From: Octopus sinensis
Lineage: Eukaryota
DNA: 64,000 nucleotides
Direction: 5' to 3'
Assembly (NCBI RefSeq): GCF_006345805.1
Contig: NC_043009.1
Coordinates: forward strand, 9,362,001-9,426,000
Below are positions 1 to 12,611 of this stretch, piece after piece (position 1 is the first letter of the stretch; the number at the start of each line of letters is the position of its first letter). The notes beneath the pieces are model-generated. The model worked only from the letters and a program-made list of their open reading frames with translations. It searched no databases and had not been told where the DNA came from. The translations under genes and the position numbers were made by a program.

Positions 1-1884
1 CAACATAGATGCTTAGTTTTCTTTTCCAATGTGTGTGGGTCAGAAAATAAAGGATTACAACAAATAGCATGGTTACTGTATCACAGAATTTTGGGATTTT
101 CAGGTTTGTCCGAAACGTGCATCAGCTGATTAAATAATGAATGATTTTTCCATTCTTTTGTGTTTTTGTATATATGTATGTGTGTGTATCTTGTATAGGT
201 ATTTGTGTGTATATAAATATATACACAGATACTCTGTGTGGTGTATGTGTGTTTATATATTTGAAACTGTATCAGAGATTTAGTTCTTTAGGAGTGCAAC
301 TGCCACCCTGATACATATAAATGGTAATATCAGCTGTAACCCTTTCATGACTGGATTTCTTATGGATAGACAGCCTCTTCATTTCTGTGGAACTTGCCTC
401 CTGTATGCTAGTATGGAAAATGGGCATGAAATGATAATGTTGATGATGATGATGATGAAGATGATGATGCAAATGGGGCTGTACAAACCTTTGGATTAGG
501 AGTTGTCAATCACATGACCATGACAAATGGCAAGGTGTTGTGAGGCCCATCCAACCCTTGCCAGCATGGAAAAATGAATGGAAAATGATGCTGGTGGTGT
601 TAAGAGGCTGCACATACCATTGGATTAAGAGTCATCCTTCTTGCAATGCTTTTAGCTGGGAACTGTCCTGTCATCAATCAATAATTCCTCACTTGATTAA
701 CTCTTCTGTACCAATGAACCAACCAGCCAAGCCCTACCCCCTTGGTTCAATGTTGGCACTCCATGTAAAGCATCCTGTACGTTATATCTTCCTCCTCTTG
801 TTTCATTTGTGGAATTGGTGGTATAAATAATGAACTGAGACAATGAAACGAAATAAAATAAATAACGGGTATTTAAATATTCATTAGATTTTTACATGTG
901 AATGTTGATGACGATAATCAGATCAAATTCAATGAGCTCGTTTGAATTAAAGAAAAAACAAAACAAATAAAATGTTTTGTTTTCGCTAATATAGATTTTT
1001 TCTTTACCAACAAGGCATTTATTTTTAAAATTACAATATAATTTGGTTAATAAATTTCATGAATATAAGTTGAAATTTTTAATTGATTTTTATTGATAAA
1101 ATTTTCGTTTTTATTTATTTTTTTATAGTTTTTTTTCAAGGATATTTTCATCAAAATCTTTGGGTAAAAATATATGCTAATAGTATAAAATATATGCCAT
1201 TGACTTGGTTGATTCAAAATTTAGAATATCAAGACCATAGTTTTATTATTTAAAGTGGTTTTTTCCACTCATTTCCTCTGATAGCAAGAGTAATTCTATG
1301 AGCACAGTTATTTTGTTTAAATATTTCTTTTTCATATTCATTCTTCCACGCTAGAATGGATGAGAAATCATTTCAAATTTGGAATATTTACATATTCTAA
1401 CAGCAATTGTGTTAACTGCAGGATGTCCCCCTTACTGCTAATCTATTCAATTGTGATATTTGTGTATAACTTAGTGTTAGTCAGATAAACTGTGACAAAT
1501 TGAGTTATATGCTTTGCCAAGGTGCACAATACAGCATTTTAATATGAGCTCCAACATTATTTATGAATTAATATTGGACTGGGAATTTAAAAGATGATTG
1601 AATGGCTGTCGCTTCTCTGGGTTAAAAGTAAGGGTTGGCATCTAAAAAATGTGTAACCGAGATGTCTCCTCTCCTAGCTAAACCGGACATCAGTCAAGTT
1701 AGTGTTAACACATTTGATGCAGTCAACATTAAATGCTAATTAGAAATCATTATTCAGTAGAGAAAAGATGATATTAATCATTGGCTAATATTAGCTTTTT
1801 AATACACATTCATTAGATATGGTAACGGTAAGTTAGCTGTATATGCGTATATATTTTTCACTGATATATGTATAGCAACCAGCA

Positions 1885-2033
1885 CAGATTGCCATCTTCC
1901 AAATTCGTTCACAAGGTATTGATTGACCTGAGGCTGCAGTAAAAGATGTATGTCCAAGAATCTATGCAGTAGGATTGAACCCGATACCATATAATTGCTA
2001 ATTGAGCTTCTTAACTACTCTTTCATGCCTGCA
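1885..2033 (-). mobile_element. SINE-A, degenerate 5' half
   Basis: Decayed match to the SINE-A head and body seen intact at 27381-27784. Confidence 0.6.
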
Positions 2034-2363
2034 TTCATAGCATTATCATAACAGGATGAACCTTATAATGGTCATTACAGTTTCTCATCACCCTCATCAC
2101 CAAACAGCAAAGCCTGTTTAGTCACCAACTGCTTGCGTGGTCCCTGGTTATATATATAAATGTGTGTGTGTGCATGTATATGCTCACACATACACAGACA
2201 GACAAATACACACACACAAACATTTAGTAGAGTCACATGTATGTAATAAGTGGAAAAACTTCAAGTAACTCTGTGTGTGTGACATTTTTCTTGCTCCTGA
2301 TGTGTGATAACACATTGAAGCAATATGCCATAAGGCCATTTTCCATAAAAGTACATCTGTCTG

Positions 2364-2395
<32 letters not shown>

Positions 2396-2454
2396 GATAT
2401 GCACATGATATAGATATACACACATAGGTATACACAAACATATATGTATACGTG

Positions 2455-2790
2455 TGTATCATCATTATCATTATTTTGCATCCACATTTCATACAAGCAT
2501 AGGTTAGATGTTATACGGCTGAAGTCAGCACTTATTACCTACTCACCTAAATGGGTTAGGAAACCTCATCTTGTTCACACAATTTTCGAATTGGTTTCTA
2601 TGGTTGGATGCTTTTCCTAACACTAACCACTTTACAGAGTGTACTGGATGCTTTTCATGTGGCACCAACATTAGAGAGGTGTCATGTCCTCGACAGATCT
2701 AAAGGGCCCTTGCAACCTTACACTTTAAAGAGTGTACTGATTGCCTTCTTTTTGTGATACCAGCATTCAAAAGTATATTTTTGACAGGAA
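2455..2790 (-). mobile_element. Element D, degenerate copy
   Basis: (CAT)n tail, then 'tggatgcttttcctaacactaaccac', a decayed form of the D motif ggatgcccttcctaacgccaacc. Confidence 0.55.
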
Positions 2791-2940
2791 CAAAGGGACC
2801 TCATGGCCCCATGTCTCTACTCACTTACCAGCCCCTTTATCGAGTGAGGGGCTTGATTGCCAGGGACATTAATAGTAGTGGTGGAACAGATGCGTGATAA
2901 GTGGTGACTGCAAAGGATACTCAGTGTTCTGTGAGAAGTA

Positions 2941-3308
2941 TCTTTTATCTTTTACTTGTTTCAGTCATTAGACTGCAGCCATGCTGGGGCACTGCCTTGA
3001 AACCTTTTTAGTCGAATGAACTGACTCCAGTACATTTTTTTTAAGCCTGGTACTTATTGTATCAGTCTCTTTTGCTAAACTGTTAAGTTATGTTGATGTA
3101 AACACACCAACACCGGATGTCAAGCAGTGGTGAGAACAAAATCAGATACAAAGAACACAAACATTCAAACACACACATGCATGCACCCCTCCATATATAT
3201 GATGGGCTTCTTTCAGTTTCTGTCTACCAGATCCACTCACAAGGCTGTGGTTGGGGCAAGGCTATAGCAGAAGACACTTGCCTAAGTTACCATGCTGTGG
3301 GATTGAGC
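2941..3308 (-). mobile_element. SINE-A (tRNA-derived, CORE-like), 5'-truncated
   Basis: Tail 'tcttttacttgtttcagtcat', body 'gggcttctttcagtttc', 'agaagacacttgcc'; ends within the B-box region. Confidence 0.85.
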
Positions 3309-3708
3309 AATGATAGAGGCCTTGGATGCATGGAATAAATGGTGCTTGAGTCTACTAGCAGAGTGACATGAGGTGTTGACAGGTTGTATGGGTGGAGGTG
3401 GGTGGTGAAGGTTGAGTGAACTGGATACAAGTGGTCCAATACATAAACCATGGGATGGTCCAGAAGGGGTTTAAGTGAAGAATGTGGAAGGACAAGGTGA
3501 ATGGCAAGTAGGTGGGTCCTGTACCCATAACTGGCACAAAGGAATATTGGGTGTAGTGGCATCCTTCACAATTGGTGTGGTGGCATCCGTAGTTACACTG
3601 GAAGCGATAGATGGAAAACAGAAGAGATCCCATTGCTATCTTCAGTCACACCGGAAGCATGGTATAGCGGGGATTGAGAAGAGGGAGTGATTAAGCAAGA
3701 AAAAGAAA

Positions 3709-3739
<31 letters not shown>

Positions 3740-4244
3740 CAATAGGCATGGGTGGAAGAATGCGATGTATGGTGAAGAGAAGATGAGCAATAAAGTTATG
3801 GGTGAGAGAGTGCAGTGTGTGACATAGAGAAGAGATCCGCTGCCATCCTTAGTCATGCTGACAGCTAAGTGCAATAAGACTGAAAAGAGGTGGGAGTGAT
3901 TGAGAGATGAGCAATAAGCGGCGGCATGGGTGTAGGAAGGAGGAAAGATAAAAAGCACAGGCACAGCCGCGAAAGAAACATAGATGACAGTGATATGGTC
4001 AATAAAACAGATGAGCGATAGGGATGTGTGATGCGAGGGATGAGGGGCAAGTGACAAGTGGGGGGGCGGGGGGGGCAAGTGATGTTGGAGTTTGAGGGAC
4101 GAGAGGCTATAAAAGAAGTGATGACAATAAACAGATATGTATGTATGCATGCATATAATATAAATACATATGTACATAGGCATATGCTTAGCAATACAAG
4201 ACTGTATATATACAAATATACATAACATTATTGCAGTGTTCCTC

Positions 4245-4643
4245 TCTTTCTTTTACTTGTTTCAGTCATGTGACTGTGGCCATGCTGGAGCACCGCCTTT
4301 AGTCGATCAAATCGACCCCGGGACTTATTCTTTGTAAGCCTAGTACTTATTTTATCGGTCTCTTTTTTGCCGAACTGCTAAGTTACGGGGACGTAAACAC
4401 ACCAGCATCGGTTGTTAAGCAATGTTGGGGGGACAAACACAGACACACAAACACGCACATACATATATATATATATCTATATACGACGGGCTTCTTTCAG
4501 TTTCCGTCTACCAAATCCACTCACAAGGCTTTGGTCGGCCCGAGGCTATAGTAGAAGACACTTAGTCAAGGTGCCATGCAGTGGGACTGAACCCGGAACC
4601 ATGTGGTTCATAAGGAAGCTTACTACACAGCCACTGCTACGCC
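4245..4643 (-). mobile_element. SINE-A, full length
   Basis: On the minus strand: A-box-like tggctgtgtagt, B-box-like ggttccgggttcagtccc, CORE-like ggcaccttgactaagtgtctt, central (TA/CA)n, tail aaacaagtaaaaga. Confidence 0.9.
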
Positions 4644-4748
4644 TCTTGCTTTTCTTGAATAAGTGAGTAGGTCTTCTGCCACACGTGTATGATATACATA
4701 TAGATACACACGTGTATGTGTGTACCTATATATGTATATATATATGTG

Positions 4749-4974
4749 TGTGTGGTAAGAAGGTTGGTTCTGGGTTCAGTCCTACTACATGGCACCTTCA
4801 GCAAATGTCTTCTACTATAGCCTCAGGTCAACCAAAACCTTGTGTGTGGATTTGGTAGATGGAAACTGAAAGAAGCCTGTTGTATATGTATGTGTGATTG
4901 TACCCTATATATGTGCTTGACAACACATATATTACATAAATACATATATATATATATATGTATGTGTGTGTATA

Positions 4975-5019
<45 letters not shown>

Positions 5020-5036
5020 ATATATATATATATGTA

Positions 5037-5077
<41 letters not shown>

Positions 5078-5146
5078 GTCTATATATATGTATATGTATA
5101 TATATATATGTGTGTGTATGTATATATATATATATCTATGTATATA

Positions 5147-5179
<33 letters not shown>

Positions 5180-5370
5180 GTGGGTGTATGTATATTTTTG
5201 TGTCTGTGTGTGTCCCTGCCAACATTGCTTGACAACCGATGCTGGTGTGTTTACGTCCCCGTAACTTAGCAGTTCGGCAAAAGAGAAGAATAAGTCCTGG
5301 GATTCATTTGCTCAACTAAAGGCGGTGCTCCATCATGTCCACAGTCAAATGACTGAAACAAGTAAAAGAG
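4749..5370 (+). mobile_element. SINE-A with expanded internal (TA)n/(TG)n
   Basis: Head 'tgtggtaagaagg...gggttcagtcc', microsatellite at about 4940-5180, tail 'gactgaaacaagtaaaagag'. Confidence 0.85.
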
Positions 5371-5806
5371 TATATATAAAATACATAATATATATCAACT
5401 GAAGTTAAAATACTATAATTTAATCTATATCCATTAAATTATTTATTTATGTATTTATTTAATAAACATCCAAATTTAATCTTATTATAATTATGTAACA
5501 TACGCTAAAAAAGTTCATGCTAACTTATACCATAAATTTTAACTACAAGAATTAAAAACAGAAAAAACGTTCAAATATATATACACAAGTTAGTAAAACT
5601 TGATTAAATTTATGTATAGATTTGATATTTCACTCATTTATAGAATTAACCAAAGTTTCTATTATTATTAAAAATATTTACTTAAATGCAATATTACATT
5701 ACAAATAAAAGATTCCTACCTATTCGATAAGATTTTGTCTTACAAAACTATTTCCCAATGTAAATTATATGTAATACGTTAAGATTATAGCTCACAAGAT
5801 AATAAC

Positions 5807-5838
<32 letters not shown>

Positions 5839-7660
5839 GTAAATAAATAAATATACGTATCGTAACTTATAATTATCAAATAACAATATAGAAATCAATA
5901 TTTTTACAATAACAATCAAACAAAATTCAACGATATTGTTTTAAAAAAAATTATGACTTATCTTATCTAAGAAAATCTGTGAAATTTGATTTAGTATTAC
6001 TAAAATGAATTTTTCCCTGTAAGTTTAGAATCATATTTCCTATTATTATTATTATTATTATTATATTATTATTATTATTATTATAATACAAGCGTATTGA
6101 ATTTTGCATTTTATATCTGTTCTCTATCATAACAATATCAACAACACCCATCACTTGGAACTATAAAATGTAACAGGTGAAAGATATATTACATCAGATA
6201 AAGCTTGTGTCTTTGGAAAATGCTCTTGCTGGAGCCGAATATGTGTTATTAAATACTGATGATATATTTTCTATTAATTGTCAAAAGTTTGTCTGGAATC
6301 TAATTATCATTTTCATTATCTTCTTAGATTTTGATTCTATTGTAACTTTTTTTTTTTTTTGTATTTCCTGCCTTCTTCTCTTGAGATATTTTGTGTTTGG
6401 AGTTTTGGAGTAAATGTTGGTGAAAGTTTTTCTGTTTTTTGTTTTTTCATACTGAGTTCCATACAAATTGTGATTATTTTTTTATGTTAGTTATGTAGGT
6501 ATGAGAATTGACTTAAAGAATTTTTAATGTGTCTGTGTGTGTGTACGCACGTGTGTGGATATATATATATATATTCATCTAAATATGTATGTGTTCATAT
6601 ATGTATGTAGATGTGCGTATGTGTATATATATATATATTTAAATATATGTATGTAATGTATGTACATATATATTTATATAAATACATATATATATGCACA
6701 CACCCATACAAACACCACACACACACACACACACACACATTTGTATATTCTTCCTTTTACTTACCAGGAGGCAGTTAGTTTTAACATCTGGGAAAATTAA
6801 TTTTTTTTTTGTCCTATTAAATTACTCTGTTGAACCAAAATGTACTTTAGAGAAAAAAAAATATTAAAACAGAATTTATGTATTTATCTATTTATTCTTT
6901 CATCATTTTTATAGTTTATTTCTATATTTACTTTACTTTGCATAACAGAAATGATTCAGATATTGTTAACTATATTTTTGTTGTTGTTATATATAAATTT
7001 TATATACTTTCGTAGTTTTTTTTTTAATTATTATTAGCAAAAGAATGAGAGTATGTCAAAATAAAACAAAAAGAAAGTTGGAAAAATAAATGAAAAAAAA
7101 AAAAAATCTAAAATTGTTTAAAACACCAGACGAGAAACAGTATAGTTTAGTTTTTATAATTTGACTTTAGCAATTCATTTTTGTTGTTTCATAATTAATT
7201 AGGTCTTTGGGGTTTCATGAGAAATACTGTTTACATATTAGATATTTAGTGAAACTTAGCCTGGCAGAATCCATCCTTCTCATTGCCGAACACGTGGGGG
7301 TGGTTAGAATATGGCTTTATAAGCTAATCATTTATTCATTAATTCATGAAAATTCCTAAATCAAAATAACTTTATGTGTCGAGTAGAAGAGAGTTCTGGC
7401 GTTTTGGGTTGGCCTGTTTATTGAAGAAATAAGGAGAAGCACGTTAGATGGTAGTAATGCATACTTTCTCATTTGTTTAATAATGCCTCCACCCTTAATC
7501 TACACAGTCTGAAATTGTTGGAGTTCATAGCTGGAACTCACTCCTCCAATCTGTTCATAAATTTAATTCATTTTTTCCCAAATTTTATTAATAAATTTCT
7601 GATGACGTAGACTATTAGTAGTTTCCTCAGAATCTTTTCTTTCTCTTCTTTTTTTATTTT

Positions 7661-8007
7661 TTTTATTTGTTTCTGTCATCACACTGCAGTCACGCTAGGG
7701 CACCGCCTTGAAGGAGTTTTTGTTGAATGATTCTACCCCAGGACTTAGGTTTTGCTTTTTAAGCCTGATACTTATTCTATCGGTCTCTTTTGCTGAACTG
7801 CTAAGTTACGGGGGACAAACACAGATACAAAGACATGCACACACACACATGACAGACTTCCTTCAGTTTCCATCTAACAAATCCAATCACAGGGCTTTTT
7901 TGGGCCCAAGGCTATAGTAGAAGACATTGCCCAAGGGGACACGCAGTGGGACTGAACCCAGAAGCATGTAGTTGGGAAACTTCTTACCACACAGCCACAC
8001 CTGCACC
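7661..8007 (-). mobile_element. SINE-A
   Basis: Collinear match to the family along its length; ends ccacacctgcacc. Confidence 0.85.
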
Positions 8008-8495
8008 TATCAAGTGATTTTTTTTATCATTCTATCTTTTGTTGAACTACAGCCATGCTGGGGCACACCTTCAAGGGTTTAGTCGAACAAATCAACCCCA
8101 GTACTTATTTTAAGGTTTGGTACTTATTCTGTCAGTATATTTTGCCGAATCACTAAGTTATGATGACATCAACCCAGCACTGGATTAACCATTAATCAAA
8201 ATAAGTACATGCTTAAGGCATCAAAGGAAGTAAGGACACCACAAAAATGGTAAATGGTCTATGGCACAAAAGAAATCACTTCAAACTTGCTAAAATAATA
8301 TTCGAGGTAGTGTATATGATCGGAAATATAATTTCAAAGTGTTCATGGTGTCATAGTGAGGATTTGATTGAGGACTTGGGCCATCGATCTTTCAGTTAGT
8401 AGGATAACAGAGACACCTCATTTGCATAAGATTGTTTCATAAGAGAAACTCAAAGTTGAGTGTTAAAACTTCCCACTGTCATTCATTGTCATCAT

Positions 8496-8529
<34 letters not shown>

Positions 8530-8567
8530 CTACCATTGCCACCACCACAACTGTATGCATGTATGTA

Positions 8568-8621
<54 letters not shown>

Positions 8622-8623
8622 TA

Positions 8624-8919
8624 TTTTATTGGTCTCTTTTGCCGAACCGCTAAGTTACGGGGACACAAACACACCAGCATTGGTTGTCAAGCGATGTTGG
8701 GGGGACAAACACAGATACAAACACACACACACACACATATATATATACATATACATATATACGACAGGCTTCTTTCAGTTTCCGTCTACCAAATCCACTC
8801 ACAACGCTTTGGTCGGCCTGAGGCTATAGTGAAGACACTTGCCCAAAGTGCCACACAGTGGGACTGAACCCGGAACCATGTGGTTGGTAAGCAAGCTACT
8901 TACCTCACAGCCACTCCTA

Positions 8920-8922
<3 letters not shown>
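8624..8922 (-). mobile_element. SINE-A lacking its 3' tail
   Basis: High similarity to the copy at 27381-27784. Confidence 0.88.
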
Positions 8923-8961
<39 letters not shown>

Positions 8962-8963
<2 letters not shown>

Positions 8964-9162
8964 TTTCAAAATGTGACCTCGTGTGTACCGTTGGCGATTT
9001 TTTTTCCTCTGTCTTCCCTTCTCTGGATCTTTCCTTCTCCTATGTTTCCGACAAAGAGCTGCACTCAAAACGTTAAACCCTCCTTCTTTCCTGAGCGTCC
9101 AATAATACTATATTTGTTCTACGTCCTCGCGTTGTGTTTTTTTTTGTGCTTTCTTGTTGGAT

Positions 9163-9167
<5 letters not shown>
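8962..9167 (+). mobile_element. Penelope-like terminal-repeat fragment (solo)
   Basis: 'ttccgacaaagagctgcactcaaaacgttaaa' resembles the GAAGAG...CGAAAC motif of Penelope-type ends; homologous copy at 14973-15182; flanked by (TA)n. Confidence 0.55.
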
Positions 9168-9214
<47 letters not shown>

Positions 9215-9904
9215 TATATCTATGTGCGTGTATACCCATATGCATATGCACACACACACACATATTTATATACACACATATACAGAAAAACTAAAAACAC
9301 AGAACACACACTAAACAATGATGAGTATACTCCCAAGCTATTAGACCAGTTTGTAAGCCCATACCGAAACTAATTTAATGTAACAGTAAATATGGCAGAC
9401 ACTTTACCCATTTAAATGAAAAAAAAAAAAAAGAAAAACCCCCAAAACCCCACACTTGTAGGATTTGGTTTATCAAATATATTCTAACTTTAGAATAGAT
9501 GCACATGTTAACAAAAAATTCTTAAAACAGAATAATGTATTGCTGCCAGCACAGCACCCAAGATTTTTGGTAACATGTTTTCATGTTCAGAATTGTTGAA
9601 GCGTGAAATAAACTATCCGTAATGGTTGTTAGCTGTCAGTACACTACAGTCTTCAAAAATTCCATGTTTCTTGAAATACGCCACCATTACTTCTGGCTTG
9701 CCTCTGTGCACCTTTTCCTGTTTATGGTTCCTTTACTTTTCACTTTTCTGTCGTATTGTGCCATATTCTGTGAGCTATACATACTTTTTTTTTTGCTTTC
9801 ATTGCTGTCTTTTTTTTACTTGGCTTATTGCTGGTGTCTGTCCCCTCTTTTACTCTTTTCCGTTGACTTTCAGTGTCCCTGTACACTGCAAACAATGTGC
9901 TAAT

Positions 9905-10735
9905 CATCATCATTATCCCCATCGTTATTATAGAAGACGTCACATAATATCCAATACTGTGATGTTGTAGACTGAAGATATTGTGTGTACTGGAGATTTG
10001 CACTTTCTTATTTCTTTATTGCCCACAAGGGGCTAAACATAGAGGGGACAAACAAGGACAGACAAATGGACTAAGTCGATTACATCAATCCCCAGTGCAT
10101 AACTGGTACTTAATTTATCGACCCCGAAAGGATGAAAAGCAAAGTCGACCTCAGCGGAACTTGAACTCAGAACGCAGCAGCAGACGAAATACCACAAAGT
10201 ATTTCGCCTGGCGTGCTAACATTTCTTATTTCTTTATTGCCCACAAGGGGCTAAACACAGAGGGGACAAACAAGGACAGACAAACAGATTAAGTCGATTA
10301 CATCAATCCCCAGTGCGTAACTGGTACTTAATTTATCGACCCCAAAAGGATGAAAGGCAAAGTCGACCTCAGCGGAATTTGAACTCAGAACGCAGCGGTG
10401 GATGAAAAACCTCAAAGCATTTCGCCCGGCATGCTAACGATTCTGCGAGCTCGCTGCTTTAGGAGATTTGTACTTTCTGTCAAGTCACATCAAGGACCTC
10501 AGACAGAGAGTACTTTATGCTGTATGCAGGCAGTTCCAAGTAAACCTGATTTAAGAGTATTTCTAAAGTGTCCTGATGTTTCTTTAGGTTGGTTGGTTGG
10601 TATTGAACCCAGATCTCCAGTGACAACAGGAACCACCTTTATGTTTCACTCTCACAACTTGCCACATCATGGCAATCTCAATTTTCAGGTCTTCATATTC
10701 GTTAACCTTTTCTCTTTCTTTCATAATATGTTGAC
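9905..10735 (-). mobile_element. 3' fragment of an RLE-type (R4/Dong/NeSL-like) non-LTR retrotransposon, interrupted by a SINE-B dimer
   Basis: Minus strand reads KEREKVNEYEDLKIEIAMMW, then a frameshift, then KVVPVVTGDLGSIP...LKSGLLGTACIQHKVL. This matches the KExEKxxKYxDL / VVPVVxGALG / LLGTARILRKVL C-terminus of these LINEs. Stop at 10501-10499. Confidence 0.75.
10009..10461 (-). mobile_element. SINE-B dimer with 17-bp TSD
   Basis: Two head-to-tail B monomers; TSD ggagatttg(c/t)actttct at 9992-10008 and 10462-10478. Confidence 0.9.
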
Positions 10736-10740
10736 ATCCA

Positions 10741-10935
10741 AGGTGGTGAGCTGGCAGAAATTGTTAGCAGGCCAGACAAAATAATGTTCAGTGGCATTTC
10801 ATCTATTTTTGTGTTCTGGGTTCAAATTATGATGAGGTAGACGTAGCTTTTCATTGTTTTGGGGTTGATTTAAGTTGAGAGGCGGTCGATGTAACCCCAC
10901 TGCCTTGCAAATTTCAGTCCTTGTGTCTATAACAG
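10741..10935 (+). mobile_element. SINE-B, old copy
   Basis: 'ggtggtgagctggcagaaattgttagca...ttctgggttcaaatt'; decayed body. Confidence 0.7.
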
Positions 10936-11543
10936 AAAATTTATTATATTAGAAAGGATTATTGTTGTTGTTGTTGTTGTTGTTGTTCTTCTTCTTCTTC
11001 TTCGTCTTCTTCTTCTCCTCCACCTCCTTCTTCTTATCATCATCATCATCATCATCATTATTATTATTATAAACTGACATAATATCCTACAAATTAAAAT
11101 CACCTCATCAATAACGAAATGCCAGCTACTAATGAACAATGCTATTGACAAATTTGATTGCATGATGATGATGATGATGATTGCGAATGTGAAATTTGTA
11201 AACTTTACGTCTCTAACTTATTATATTAGCTATAGAAGAAGTACAGCACTTTCTTACTGGCTTGTCAGGTATCAAATCAACAAGGAGTGATTGCAATAAA
11301 CTGGACATTTCTGCTGCTGTTTATTATTAGCAAATGTGACAGCTTTCTTAGTTATTTAATTCAATCATGGAAGCTGCTTGGAAGAGCTTTTTATTTTGTT
11401 GCTAGATTTTGGAAGTTCTCTTGGAGAACCATGCTTGTTTCTCATTGACAGGAGAGGTTGCGATGGGTGTGAGTTTTGATCCTTACTGTAATTGGCTGAA
11501 AGCTGATGGGGATTCCAAATGTCAAACAAAACCTTACCCTTAA

Positions 11544-11765
11544 CCCTTTCGTTACCAACCCGGCTGAAACTGGCTCTGGCTCTGAGTACAAATGTCTTGT
11601 TTTCATAAGTTTTGAAATAAAATCTTCCACCAAACCTTAGTCATAATTTAATGTTACTAACACTAGCTTCAATGTTAACTAAGTTATTTTACTAAATTCT
11701 TTGTTATATTTAAAGTAATTGAAAGAAACACAGTGCATCTCAACAGAAATACAGTAATGAAAGGG
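11544..11765. mobile_element. piggyBac-like MITE (family PB1)
   Basis: TTAA on both sides; TIR ccctttcgttac / gtaatgaaaggg; second copy at 13480-13699. Confidence 0.8.
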
Positions 11766-11769
11766 TTAA

Positions 11770-12241
11770 CCCTTTAGCATTCAGATTATTTCATTAAAAG
11801 TAATGCTTACTTATTCACATGTTTTGAATAAACCATGCAATGTCTCATGGCTTTGAGATTTTGATGAGTTAGCGGTTGAGTTTTAGAATAGTTCTGTAGG
11901 GTTGTTGTGAAGGGCCAAATTTGGCCAGTTTGAATATAAAACAGGTAGGATATTTTGACCAGATATGTATTTCTTTACTACCCACAAGGGGCTAAACACA
12001 AAGGGGACAAACAAGGACAGACAAACGGATTAAGTCGATTACATCGACCCCAGTGCGTAACTGGTACTTATTTAATCAACCCTGAAAGGATGAAAAGCAA
12101 AGTTGACCTCGGTGGAATTTGAACTCAGAACGCAGCGGCAGACGAAATACCACTAAGCATTTCGCCCGGTGTGCTAATGTTTCTGCCAGCTCACCACCTT
12201 GAATATTTTGACCAGATACGGTTGGTTTGAATACTCGAGGG
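11770..12241. mobile_element. piggyBac-like MITE (family PB2) with nested SINE-B
   Basis: TTAA|ccctttagcattca ... tgaatactcgaggg|TTAA; shares the TTAA at 11766-11769 with PB1. Confidence 0.7.
11966..12202 (-). mobile_element. SINE-B, full length, 16-bp TSD
   Basis: TSD atattttgaccagata at 11950-11965 and 12203-12218; tRNA-like head with B-box-like gagttcaaattcc; central cctttcatcctttcggggtcgat-type motif that I recall as Deu/Nin-domain-like. Confidence 0.9.
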
Positions 12242-12404
12242 TTAATGTTTCAATATGGCATGATTCCTTTAAGGAGTTTTCTCTTGGTCTTTGCACCATA
12301 ATCACATGAAATAAAAATCAAAATTTATTAAGGAAACATTAATTAGTAGTACAGCCATTTGGTACAGAATCCTCCATAAAAGTAGAAGATTAATTATAAA
12401 AGTA

Positions 12405-12611
12405 ATATTGGTTTCAAATTCTGGCACAAGGCCAGCAATTTCAGGAGATGGGGTAAAGTCGATTACATTGACCCCCAGGGATCAACTGGTGCTTATTCTC
12501 TCAAATCTGAAAAGATGAAAGGCGGAATTTGATTTCAGAGCGTAAAGATGGATGAAATGCCGCTAAGCAATTTCTCTGGTGTGCTAACGATTCTCCCATC
12601 TCGCCATCTTA
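12405..12611 (-). mobile_element. SINE-B, old subfamily
   Basis: Tail variant ending 'ggccttgtgccagaatttgaaacc' on the minus strand. Confidence 0.7.

Noticed and set aside
3593-4228. 211-aa minus-strand ORF
   Set aside because: Spans (GA)n, G-runs and (TA)n; no domain motif or convincing splice sites. A LINE origin was considered but no diagnostic motif was found.
4842-5269. ORFs rich in Y/I/C/V/M (also at about 8.4-9.3, 17.4, 23.3-24.1, 42.5 and 59.9-61.3 kb)
   Set aside because: Translations of (TA)n/(TG)n microsatellites, which lack stop codons.
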